Of a stretch of 64,000 nt of DNA, positions 41,868 through 50,696 are shown piece after piece; position 1 is the stretch's first letter, and the number at the start of each line of letters is the position of its first letter. The DNA lies in NCBI GenBank assembly GCA_035632635.1, contig DASQGL010000068.1, positions 10,895-74,894 of the forward strand. Reading direction: 5' to 3'. Source of the stretch: Candidatus Limnocylindrales bacterium. Its GTDB lineage: Bacteria; Chloroflexota; Dormibacteria; CF-121. The notes below the pieces were generated by a model. The model saw nothing but the letters and a program-made list of their open reading frames with translations, was not told the DNA's origin and made no database searches. The position numbers were made by a program, and so were the translations under genes.

Positions 41868-44513
41868 ATGCCGGCGATGAGGATCCGGACGCAGATCATT
41901 CTGCCCTTCCTCCTGCTCATGATCATCCTGGGCATCGTCGGCACCTACCTGGCCACGAGCCTGGTCGCATCCTCACTCGAGCGGCGGATCGGCGACCAGC
42001 TGGTCATGTCCGAGGATGCGGCGCTCAACGAAGCGGTGCGGGTCCAGGGGCAGCAGCTGGCGGGGATCCGACTGATCGCCAACACGGAGGGCGTGGGGGC
42101 CGCGGTCGCCAGCTCGAACGCCGCCGTCCTCAAGCAGCTGATCGTGCCCCTCGAGGTCAACAACCGCCTCGGCGGCATCAAGGTCTTCGACGCCCAGGGC
42201 CGCACCATTCTCGAAGTCGACCAGCCGGACCCCTCCAACCCGAGCGGCCTCGTCTTCGCGAGCGGGACGGATCTCTCCCATGACGCCATCGTCCGCCCGG
42301 TCCTGGCCGGCGCATACGACGCGCTGGGCGACAAGTACCTCGGTTTCTCCGGCGCACCGGTCACGGCCCTGGCGGCGACCGGCCCGGTCCTGAACGGCGA
42401 CCGCGTCGTGGGCGGGGTCATGATCCTGACCCCGCTGAGTACGTTGCTCGGGGACATGCGCAGCCATTCGCAGGCCGCCGTGGGCCTCTTCGATCGCGGC
42501 GGTCACGTTCTCGGGTCGACGCTGACGGGCATCCGAACGCTGGACGACCACACGCGGGCCTTCCTCGACCTCGCCTCGCCGGGCCGGGCGCAGCGCTCAA
42601 CCGTCCAGGTGGCGGGGCAGGCGTATGAGATCCAGTACACGAACTTCTATCTCCGGCAGCGCCCGGTCGGATACCTCGCGGTCGGGCTCTCCCGCGCCGC
42701 GGTGATCTCCGCGGGCCTGCAATCGGCGCTGCAGATGACCATCCTGTTCGCGGCGGTCGTCCTCCTGCTGCTGGTCATCGGCTACCTTCTGGCGCTCCGC
42801 CTGACCGCCCCCATCGAGGCGCTGGTCGCCGGCACCCGGGCGGTGGCCCGCGGCGATCTGAGCCGGCGCATCACCCTGCAGCGAGGCGATGAGCTCGGCG
42901 AGCTGGCCACCGCGTTCAACCTGATGAGCAGCGAGCTCGAGGAACGCACCCGCTCCCTGAACGAGCAGATGCGGCGCCTGGCCGTCCTCTACCAGTCGAG
43001 CCAGGGGATCGGGCGCGAGAGTGGGCACGGGGCGATCGCGGAGGCGATCCTGACGGTTGCCCTCAAGGCGCTCGGTCTCGACCAGGCAGTCCTGGTCTCG
43101 CGGGGCACGGAAAGCCAGGTGCTGGAGGTCGGCGCGGCGGTGGGGTTCGCCGCACCGGCGGTGGGGCGCCTGCGCCGGCTGACGCCGGCCGAGCTGGACG
43201 AGGGGTTGGAGCTGACCCCGGGTGCGCCGCCGGAGCGGGTCGCGAACCTGCCCGATGAGGCGAGGCCTGTCCTGCGGCTGGTCGGCGAGCTCGGCGGCCT
43301 CGAGCAGGCGATCCTCGTGCCCCTGGTTCGCGGCGACCGCAATGCCGGCTATCTGCTGGCCGGCGTCCCGACCGGTCGCAACCTGGCCGCGGCGGATCTC
43401 GAACTCCTCGAGACGATCGGGACCGAGATGGCCCTGACGCTGGAGAATGCCGAACTCAAGAAGACGACGGAGCTCCAGGCTCACCGGCTGGACCAGGCAA
43501 TCGTCGCCCTCGAGAAGATCTCGCAGGCGTTGACCGCGGTGACCGTGGGAACCGACACCCTCCTGCGCGCCGTCGCCCGAGCGGCATCCGAAATCCTCGA
43601 GGTCCCGTATGCCTCGATCCATCTGCGCAAGCCCGAGTGGCGCAAGCATTTCCCCGACGTCATCGTGGGCTGCTCCACCCGGCGTGAGCTGGCCGGGGTC
43701 CGGCTCAGCGGGCAGGAGGTTGCCCGGCGGATCGATCGGCCCGACCAGTTGCTGCAGCTGGACCTCACCGCGGAGAGCGCCACCGCCGGCGCTCGGCGGA
43801 TCGGCCTGATCGAGGCGATCGGCGTCCCCATGGCGCTCAACGGGGAGATCGCCGGCGTGCTCGTCGTGCATCTGCGCGCCGCCCGGCGATTCGCCCGCAG
43901 CGAAACGCGCGTCCTGCAGACGCTTGCCAACCAGGCGGTGATCGCGATCGACAACGCGGAGGCATACGAAACGACCCGGCAGCTCGCGACGACCGACTCC
44001 ATGACCGGGGTGGCCAACCACCGTGAGTTCCAGGCGCGCCTCGATCGCGAACTCACCCGAGCCCGGCGATCGCGGGAACCGATGGCCCTGCTCATGTGCG
44101 ATGTCGACCATTTCAAGGAGATCAACGACACGGCCGGCCACCCGGCAGGCGACGCGGTCCTGCGCTATCTGACCCAGCACGTCCTCATCCCGATGGTGCG
44201 CCCGAAGGACCTGGTCGCCCGCTACGGCGGCGACGAGTTCGTCATCCTCCTGCGCGGAGCCGATGGGCGGGCCGCGGCGGCGATTGCGGAGCGGATCCGG
44301 CGGGCGTTTGCAGATCAACCACTCGAATATGAAGGCCGGGTGCTGACCAACCTCTCATTGAGCCTGGGGCTCGCCACCTTCCCCAGGGATGGGGAGACGC
44401 GCGAGGCGCTCGTGCAAGCCGCCGACCAGGCCCTCTACGTCGCCAAGCGCAGCGGACGCAACCGCGTCGCCCGCAGCGACGACGCCCTGCCCCCGGAGTC
44501 GCTCGCCGGGTAA
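41868..44513 (+). CDS. Sensor diguanylate cyclase (TM – periplasmic Cache-like – TM – HAMP – 2×GAF – GGDEF)
   Basis: HAMP (LRLTAPIEALVAGTRAVARGDLSRRI), GGDEF domain with intact RYGGDEF and DHFKEIND. Alternative starts at 41835 and 41877. Confidence 0.85.
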   Translation: MPAMRIRTQIILPFLLLMIILGIVGTYLATSLVASSLERRIGDQLVMSEDAALNEAVRVQGQQLAGIRLIANTEGVGAAVASSNAAVLKQLIVPLEVNNRLGGIKVFDAQGRTILEVDQPDPSNPSGLVFASGTDLSHDAIVRPVLAGAYDALGDKYLGFSGAPVTALAATGPVLNGDRVVGGVMILTPLSTLLGDMRSHSQAAVGLFDRGGHVLGSTLTGIRTLDDHTRAFLDLASPGRAQRSTVQVAGQAYEIQYTNFYLRQRPVGYLAVGLSRAAVISAGLQSALQMTILFAAVVLLLLVIGYLLALRLTAPIEALVAGTRAVARGDLSRRITLQRGDELGELATAFNLMSSELEERTRSLNEQMRRLAVLYQSSQGIGRESGHGAIAEAILTVALKALGLDQAVLVSRGTESQVLEVGAAVGFAAPAVGRLRRLTPAELDEGLELTPGAPPERVANLPDEARPVLRLVGELGGLEQAILVPLVRGDRNAGYLLAGVPTGRNLAAADLELLETIGTEMALTLENAELKKTTELQAHRLDQAIVALEKISQALTAVTVGTDTLLRAVARAASEILEVPYASIHLRKPEWRKHFPDVIVGCSTRRELAGVRLSGQEVARRIDRPDQLLQLDLTAESATAGARRIGLIEAIGVPMALNGEIAGVLVVHLRAARRFARSETRVLQTLANQAVIAIDNAEAYETTRQLATTDSMTGVANHREFQARLDRELTRARRSREPMALLMCDVDHFKEINDTAGHPAGDAVLRYLTQHVLIPMVRPKDLVARYGGDEFVILLRGADGRAAAAIAERIRRAFADQPLEYEGRVLTNLSLSLGLATFPRDGETREALVQAADQALYVAKRSGRNRVARSDDALPPESLAG

Positions 44514-44533
44514 CCGGTAAGCTGGGCAGTCGT

Positions 44534-45802
44534 ATGCGCGTCGCTCAACGTCCCCGTGGGACGCAGGACATCCTGCCGGCCGAGCAACCGTACTGGCTCG
44601 ACATGACGCGCACCGCCGAGGCGCTCGCCGCGGCGGGGGGCTACCAGCGGATCGATACGCCGATCTTCGAGGCCACCGAGTTGTTCGTCCGCACCGCCGG
44701 CGATACCTCCGACCTCGTGACCAAGGAGATGTACACGTTCGTCGATCGCGGCGGCCGCTCGATGACCCTGCGCCCGGAGGGAACGGCGCCGGTGGTCCGG
44801 GCGTATTTCGACGCGGGCTTTCACCGTGAGCGCCAGCCGGTGCGCCTCTACTACGTCGGCCCGTTCTTCCGCTATGACCGGCCCCAGGCTGGCCGCTTTC
44901 GACAGTTTCATCAGTTCGGCGTCGAGGTGATCGGCGATCCGAGTCCGGACCTCGATGTGGAGGTCATCGCGCTCGGTTGGGATTGGTACGCGCAGCTGGG
45001 CATCCGGGGTGTGAGCCTGCAACTGAACAGCATCGGCGACGCCGAATGCCGGCCGCGCTACCGCGACGCGCTGCGCCAGTACTACCAGCCGTACCTGCAG
45101 ACGCTCGCGGCGGAGGACCGAGCGCGCTTTGAGCGCAATCCCCTGCGACTCCTCGATTCCAAGGATCCGGATTCCGCGGCCCTCCACGCGGGGTCGCCGC
45201 AAACCCTCGATTTCCTGTGTCCGGCATGCCGCGAGGCGTTCGAACGGGTGCAGGCCGGGTTGCGAGGGCAGGGGATCCCGTTCACGATCAACCCGCGTCT
45301 GGTCCGGGGTCTGGATTACTACACGCGCACCGCGTTCGAGTACTGGCACGAGAGCCTGAGCGGGGCGCAGAATTCGCTGGGCGGCGGAGGCCGGTATGAC
45401 GGCCTGGCCCAGGATCTCGGCTATCCGTCGACCCCGGGCGTCGGTTTCGCGCTGGGACTCGAACGGACAGCCAGCATCCTGCGAGCGGCCGGGTCGGTGC
45501 CGGGCGTGTACGGTATCGCGGTCGAGGCCGCGGCGCGCCCGGCGCTTCGGGCACTCACGCGCGAGCTGCGCGAGCGGGGAGTCGCCGTCGTGACGGATCT
45601 GACGGATGCCCGCCTGGACGCCAAGCTGAAGCGCGCCGTCCGGCTGCGGATGGCGCTGGCATTGCTGGTCGGCCTGCAGGAGGACGGGGCGGACCGCGTG
45701 ACGGTCAGAGATCTACGGGTGAAGAGCCAGCGCTCGGTTCCGCGAACGCAGCTGCTCGACAGCGTCCTTCAGGCATTGCGCCCGCGGCCGGTGCCGGCAT
45801 GA
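44534..45802 (+). CDS. hisS: Histidyl-tRNA synthetase
   Basis: GTQDILP, MTLRPEGTA and FRYDRPQAGR motifs. Confidence 0.95.
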   Translation: MRVAQRPRGTQDILPAEQPYWLDMTRTAEALAAAGGYQRIDTPIFEATELFVRTAGDTSDLVTKEMYTFVDRGGRSMTLRPEGTAPVVRAYFDAGFHRERQPVRLYYVGPFFRYDRPQAGRFRQFHQFGVEVIGDPSPDLDVEVIALGWDWYAQLGIRGVSLQLNSIGDAECRPRYRDALRQYYQPYLQTLAAEDRARFERNPLRLLDSKDPDSAALHAGSPQTLDFLCPACREAFERVQAGLRGQGIPFTINPRLVRGLDYYTRTAFEYWHESLSGAQNSLGGGGRYDGLAQDLGYPSTPGVGFALGLERTASILRAAGSVPGVYGIAVEAAARPALRALTRELRERGVAVVTDLTDARLDAKLKRAVRLRMALALLVGLQEDGADRVTVRDLRVKSQRSVPRTQLLDSVLQALRPRPVPA

Positions 45803-47604
45803 GCCTGACCGAGCGCACGCCTGGCGGCGCCCTGCGGGCGGTCGATGCCGGGACGACGGTCCAGGTCTATGGCTGGGTGCACCGTCGCCGGGACCTGGGG
45901 GGCCTGATCTTCCTCGATCTGCGCGACCGGAGCGGCATCGTCCAGGTCAAGGTCGATCCAGCCCACAAACCGGCCCACGCCGCAGCCCAGGACCTACGCC
46001 TCGAGTACGTCGTGCGGGTGCGGGGCAGGGTGGTCCGCCGTCCGGACGGAACGGAGAACCGAGAGCTGCCGAGTGGGGAGATCGAGATCGACGCGGAAGA
46101 GGTGTCCATCCTGAACCGGTCGAAGACGCCGCCATTCGCGATCAACGAAGACCGTGCGGTGGACGAGCAGCTGCGGCTTCGGTATCGCTATCTCGACCTG
46201 CGGCGGCCCCACATGGCGGCGAACCTGCGACTGCGGCACCGGGTGGTCAAGGCGGTCAGGGACTTCCTCGACCAGGAGGGGTTCACCGAGGTCGAGACTC
46301 CGGTGCTGATCCGATCGACCCCGGAAGGAGCCCGCGACTACCTGGTGCCCAGCCGGCTGCATCCGGCGCATTTCTACGCGCTCGCGCAATCGCCGCAGCT
46401 CTACAAGCAGCTGCTGATGGTGGCGGGAATGGATCGGTACTTCCAGGTCGTCCGCTGCTATCGCGATGAAGACCTGCGCGCCGACCGGCAGCCGGAGTTC
46501 ACCCAGCTCGATCTCGAGATGTCGTTCGTCCAGGAGGACGATGTGCTCGACGTGATCGAGCGCTCCTTCGGGCACGTGTGGAGGTCGGTGCTGGGGATCG
46601 AGATTCCGGTTCCGATCCGGCGGATGACCCACGCGCAGGCGATCGCCCGCTACGGGGTGGACAAGCCGGACCTTCGCTACGGGCTCGAGATCGAAGAGTT
46701 GACCCCCACGTTCAGCGAGACATCCTTCCAGGTCTTCCGGCAGGTCATCACGGCGGGGGGTGTGGTGCGCGGGATCCGGGTCCCGGGGGGCGGCTCGCTC
46801 GGACGCCACGACCTCGACGCGCTCACCGAGGTGGCGAAGGGTGCGAGGGCGAAGGGGCTGGCCTACTGGTACCGCGACGCCTCCGCCTGGCGGTCGCCGA
46901 TCGCGAAGCACTTCACCGAGTCGGAGCTCGGGGCCCTGGGATCGCGTACCCAGGCCGCGCCCGGCGACCTGGTCGTGGCGGTGGCCGACCGGGCCGAGAT
47001 CGCGGCCCCGGCGCTCGGAGCAGTCCGCAGGGCTCTCGCCGAACGGCTGGGACTGATCCCGGCGGGTCGCTTCGAGTTCGTCTGGGTCACCGACTTCCCC
47101 CTCTTCGAGGTGGCGCAGGACACGGGCGAGATCACCGCCGCACACCACCCGTTCACCTCGCCGAACCCGGCCGATCTCGACCTGATGGAGCGGGAGCCGC
47201 TCAAAGTTCGCGCGCGCGCCTATGACCTCGTGCTCAACGACACCGAGCTCGGGTCGGGAAGCATCCGGATCCACGACCCCGCGCTGCAGCAGCGGGTTTT
47301 CAAGGGCCTGGGGATGACGGAGGAGTCGGCCCGGCAGCGATTCGGCTTCCTGCTCGACGCCTTCGAGTACGGCGCGCCCCCTCACGGAGGCTTCGCCTAC
47401 GGGATCGATCGGGTCGTCATGCTGGCGGCGGGCCAGGAGACGATTCGTGAGGTGATCGCGTTTCCGAAGAACCAGCAGGCCGAGGAGCCGATGACCAGCG
47501 CGCCGGCCCCGATCGATCCCCGCCAGCTACGCGAGCTGGGGCTCGAGCTGCGCACGCCGCCCACGCGGCCCGACCAGCACCGGGATTCCCAGCAGGGATC
47601 GTAA
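45799..47604 (+). CDS. aspS: Aspartyl-tRNA synthetase
   Basis: OB-fold N-terminus, QSPQLYKQLLM, FRDEDLRADRQPEFTQLD, and a GLDR tail. ATGA overlap with hisS. Confidence 0.95.
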   Translation: MSLTERTPGGALRAVDAGTTVQVYGWVHRRRDLGGLIFLDLRDRSGIVQVKVDPAHKPAHAAAQDLRLEYVVRVRGRVVRRPDGTENRELPSGEIEIDAEEVSILNRSKTPPFAINEDRAVDEQLRLRYRYLDLRRPHMAANLRLRHRVVKAVRDFLDQEGFTEVETPVLIRSTPEGARDYLVPSRLHPAHFYALAQSPQLYKQLLMVAGMDRYFQVVRCYRDEDLRADRQPEFTQLDLEMSFVQEDDVLDVIERSFGHVWRSVLGIEIPVPIRRMTHAQAIARYGVDKPDLRYGLEIEELTPTFSETSFQVFRQVITAGGVVRGIRVPGGGSLGRHDLDALTEVAKGARAKGLAYWYRDASAWRSPIAKHFTESELGALGSRTQAAPGDLVVAVADRAEIAAPALGAVRRALAERLGLIPAGRFEFVWVTDFPLFEVAQDTGEITAAHHPFTSPNPADLDLMEREPLKVRARAYDLVLNDTELGSGSIRIHDPALQQRVFKGLGMTEESARQRFGFLLDAFEYGAPPHGGFAYGIDRVVMLAAGQETIREVIAFPKNQQAEEPMTSAPAPIDPRQLRELGLELRTPPTRPDQHRDSQQGS

Positions 47605-47713
47605 GGTCGGGCGCAATTCGCGCGGCACCCTGTAACCGGGGATTTTCGCGGCTGTTACCGGCGCGAACGCGGCGCCACCTGCGATGTAAGGTACGCAACT
47701 TACAGTAGTGCCC

Positions 47714-48592
47714 ATGAACGCCGCACTCATCAGCAAATCCGTCGGAGGGGTGGCCGTCGCCTCCGGCCTCGTGCTGGCCACGTCCGTCTGTGGATTTGCT
47801 CAGGATGCTGCCGTCGCACTCGGCGCCGCCGCCACCACGCCGCTGACCGCCCTCTATTCGAATCCGCCTGCGGGTGCGGTGACCCTCGCGGGCAAGCCGT
47901 TCGTGGTGGGCAACTTCGACTGGCTGGCCGCCGGTCAGACCGGGACGTTCGCGGCCTCGTACGCGGGGCCGACCGCGGTCTCGGTGCTGATCAACAGCTC
48001 GTATACGGCCGCCACCTACGCCGGCTACAAGGTCGGCACCGTGCAGCTCACCTTCACCGACGGAACGACCCAGTTCGTCGACCTGGTGGAGGGCAGCAAC
48101 GTCCGTGAGTGGCTGATCGGGGCCGGCAATACCGTCAACACCGTGACCGATCCGTCCAACACGAACGCGTGGACGGGCTTCAGCGGGAGCACGACGGCCG
48201 TGATCGACATGCTGACCATCGCGGTGCCGTCATCCACCAAGACGCTGGCCAGTGTGACCGTGAACAATACCGACACGACCGGATGGGGAATCCATCTCCA
48301 GGTCTACGGGATCTCGATTGCGTACACGCCGCCCGCTCCGGTGACGACGCCCGTGACCACGCCGGTGACGACGCCGGTGCCGGTGACCGGCGACCAGCAG
48401 GGTAACCACGAGGGCCAGCATCGGGACGGCGCATCCCCGAAACTGACGCCGAAGCCGCATGCGACGCCCGCGGTGCGGGTCACATCGACGACCAGCCAGA
48501 ACGACAAGCACGGCGACGCCGATCACCGGGGTGGCCCTGGCGGCCAGAACCAGGACCAGGGTGACGGCCAGCACCATCGGGACGCCGTCTAA
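47714..48592 (+). CDS. Secreted hypothetical protein with a (VTTP)3 linker and a His/Asp/Gln/Gly-rich C-terminal tail
   Basis: Signal peptide (MNAALISKSVGGVAVASGLVLATSVCGFAQDAA). TACAGT 7 nt upstream of the ATG at 47714; the GTG at 47708 is an alternative. Terminator follows. Confidence 0.6.
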   Translation: MNAALISKSVGGVAVASGLVLATSVCGFAQDAAVALGAAATTPLTALYSNPPAGAVTLAGKPFVVGNFDWLAAGQTGTFAASYAGPTAVSVLINSSYTAATYAGYKVGTVQLTFTDGTTQFVDLVEGSNVREWLIGAGNTVNTVTDPSNTNAWTGFSGSTTAVIDMLTIAVPSSTKTLASVTVNNTDTTGWGIHLQVYGISIAYTPPAPVTTPVTTPVTTPVPVTGDQQGNHEGQHRDGASPKLTPKPHATPAVRVTSTTSQNDKHGDADHRGGPGGQNQDQGDGQHHRDAV

Positions 48593-48606
48593 ACACTGAA
48601 GTCCAG

Positions 48607-48639
48607 GAGGCCCGGCCGGCGCCGGGCCTCTTCTTTTTC
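48607..48639 (+). terminator. Rho-independent terminator
   Basis: Perfect 10-bp stem gaggcccggc/gccgggcctc with loop cggc, followed by ttcttttt. Confidence 0.65.
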
Positions 48640-48668
48640 GCCCGACGCGGTAGAGTGGGGGCGAGTCT

Positions 48669-48947
48669 TTGCACCCCGTCCCAGCCATTCCGCCCGCCGT
48701 CGTCCTCGGCGCCTTCCTGGTCCTGCTCGGCACGCAGGTGGCGTACCTGATCGCGCCCGCCCGGGCGAGCTACCTGGTGCGCCTTGGCGCGAGCGCGGTC
48801 GCCGTCGCGGCCGGCGAACTGGCCGGCTGGGGCGGGCTCGGGGCGCACCTGCAGGTCGGCCAGCTGCACCTCTACCAGGACGTCCTGCTCCTGGCCCTGG
48901 CTCAGATCGCGCTCGCCCGCTGGCGGCGGCCGCTGTCGACCGGGTAG
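48669..48947 (+). CDS. Small hydrophobic membrane protein (hypothetical)
   Basis: 92 aa, TTG start, two hydrophobic segments. A weak hairpin plus TTT follows. Could be spurious in high-GC DNA. Confidence 0.3.
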   Translation: MHPVPAIPPAVVLGAFLVLLGTQVAYLIAPARASYLVRLGASAVAVAAGELAGWGGLGAHLQVGQLHLYQDVLLLALAQIALARWRRPLSTG

Positions 48948-49011
48948 CCCGGGCGGGCTCGGCGGCGCCGCTCGGGTTTAGGAGGCTGTCCGGTAAGGTA
49001 GAACGAAAGCT

Positions 49012-49362
49012 GTGCAGGGCGTGTGGCAATGGGGAGTGCTGCTGCTGGGTGTCGGTTTCTTCTTGCTCAGCCTCGTCGCCTGCTATATCCTGCTCAACCT
49101 GACCCGGAGCCTGCGGACCGTTGAAGCGATCCTGGCCGTGACCCTCGATGAGGTCAAGGTCGCCCTCCCGGAGATGCGCCACAGCGTGGTCCAGATCGAC
49201 GACATGGTCACCAGCGTGAACGAGAAGTTCATGGCGGCAGATCGGGCGGTGGATGCGACCGGGGCCGCGATCACCGGGTGGCGCGACCGGCTCCGGGAGC
49301 GCTTCGACGGTTTGTCCGCCTGGACCAGGAGCCGGGGCGGCAAGAAGGAGAACAGCGTATGA
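49012..49362 (+). CDS. DUF948-like membrane protein (N-terminal TM + helical domain)
   Basis: 116 aa, ATGA-coupled to the downstream anti-sigma gene. AGGAGG upstream but distant. Confidence 0.55.
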   Translation: MQGVWQWGVLLLGVGFFLLSLVACYILLNLTRSLRTVEAILAVTLDEVKVALPEMRHSVVQIDDMVTSVNEKFMAADRAVDATGAAITGWRDRLRERFDGLSAWTRSRGGKKENSV

Positions 49363-49856
49363 AGGAGAGCCACAGCCGGGCGCACAGCGCGCCAACCGGG
49401 CATGTCCAAACCCCCGCCGCCGCCTCCGCCGCGCTCATCACCGAGATGAAGCTGCCCGCGGTCGAGGACTACATCCTGGCGGCGAAGCGGGCAGCCGGCG
49501 CCCTCGGCCTCGTGGTCGGCTTCTCGCTGCAGGAGATCGATGAACTGAACATCGCCGTGACCCAGGCTTGCGAGAACGGGATCGCGGCGGCCAACGAGCA
49601 ATGGGGTCGCGGCAACGGACAGCTCAAACTGCTCTTCAAGACCCAGCCTCGCCGCCTCGAGGTCGAGGTGCGCAGCGTTCCGCCCCGGGCGGTGGAGCTG
49701 CAGCAGGCGGTTCGCCAGGCCCGCCGCGAACAGGAATTCGACTACGAGACGGTTGGCGTCAATATGATCCGTCTCTTCGTCGATGAGCTCCGGTACCATC
49801 GGGACCATCAGACGGGAGTCATGCGGATGAGGATGGTCAAATACCTGATCGAGTAG
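49359..49856 (+). CDS. RsbW/SpoIIAB-like anti-sigma factor with degenerate ATP-binding motifs
   Basis: The N-terminus aligns with RsbW (EDYILAAKRAAGALG...DELNIAVTQACENGI). The DxGxG and GxGL boxes are not recognisable. AAGGAG SD 8 nt upstream. Confidence 0.7.
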   Translation: MKESHSRAHSAPTGHVQTPAAASAALITEMKLPAVEDYILAAKRAAGALGLVVGFSLQEIDELNIAVTQACENGIAAANEQWGRGNGQLKLLFKTQPRRLEVEVRSVPPRAVELQQAVRQARREQEFDYETVGVNMIRLFVDELRYHRDHQTGVMRMRMVKYLIE

Positions 49857-49984
49857 CCCGTCCGGCTTCGCAACCGACCGTTCGTCCCAACCGCGATCTC
49901 GCCCGCCGGCTTTTCCTCAAGTACCAGAAGACCAGGGATCCGAAGGTCCGCCAGCAGCTGGTCGAGCTCTTCAACAACCTGGTC

Positions 49985-50635
49985 GTGTTCCTGGCCAAGA
50001 AATTCCAGAACCGCGGTGAGCCCCTCGAGGACATCGTGCAGGTCGGGTATATCGGCTTGCTCCAGGCCATCGAGCGGTTCGAGCCGCAGCGGGATCTCGA
50101 GTTCTCGACCTTCGCCACGCCGACCATCGTGGGCGAGATCAAGCGCTACTTCCGGGACAAGAGCTGGGCGGTGAAGGTGCCCCGTCGCCTCCAGGAGACG
50201 ATGCAGAAGGCCGACCTGGCGCAGCAACGCCTCCAGGCACGCCTTGGCCGGCAGCCCTCGGTTGCGGAGATCGCGAAGGAGCTCGACCTTCCGCCCGAGG
50301 AGGTGCTCGCCGCCCAGGAGGCGAGCCCGGCTCAGCACACCGTCTCCTTCGAGAGCACCGGGCCGGCCGCCAGTGACGAGGATGGCCTGCAGCTGACCGA
50401 ACGCCTGGGCCGCGAGGACGAGAACCTGGACAAGGTCGAGCTGAAAGACCTGCTCGACCAGGCGATGGCGCACCTGACGCCGCGGGAACGGCGGATCATG
50501 TACCTGCGGTTCGTCGACGAGCTCCCCCAGGCGGAGGTCGCGAAACGGCTCGGAATCTCCCAGATGCACGTGTCCCGGCTCCAGCGGGCTGCGGTCGAGC
50601 ACCTGAAGCGAGAGCTGCCCGTCTCCGCCCGCTGA
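49985..50635 (+). CDS. RNA polymerase sigma factor, SigB/SigF (group 3) type. 49985 (GTG) is the first canonical start; region 1.2/2.1 is encoded upstream from about 49860.
   Basis: Regions 2–4 present: FSTFATPTIVGEIKRYFRDKSWAVKVPRR, and region 4 LGISQMHVSRLQRAAVEHLK (as in B. subtilis SigB). Confidence 0.85.
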   Translation: MFLAKKFQNRGEPLEDIVQVGYIGLLQAIERFEPQRDLEFSTFATPTIVGEIKRYFRDKSWAVKVPRRLQETMQKADLAQQRLQARLGRQPSVAEIAKELDLPPEEVLAAQEASPAQHTVSFESTGPAASDEDGLQLTERLGREDENLDKVELKDLLDQAMAHLTPRERRIMYLRFVDELPQAEVAKRLGISQMHVSRLQRAAVEHLKRELPVSAR

Positions 50636-50696
50636 GCGGGGCCGGTCCGGGACACTCGCTACAATTTCGGCAGGCGCGCGGAAAGCTGCGCCGGTC

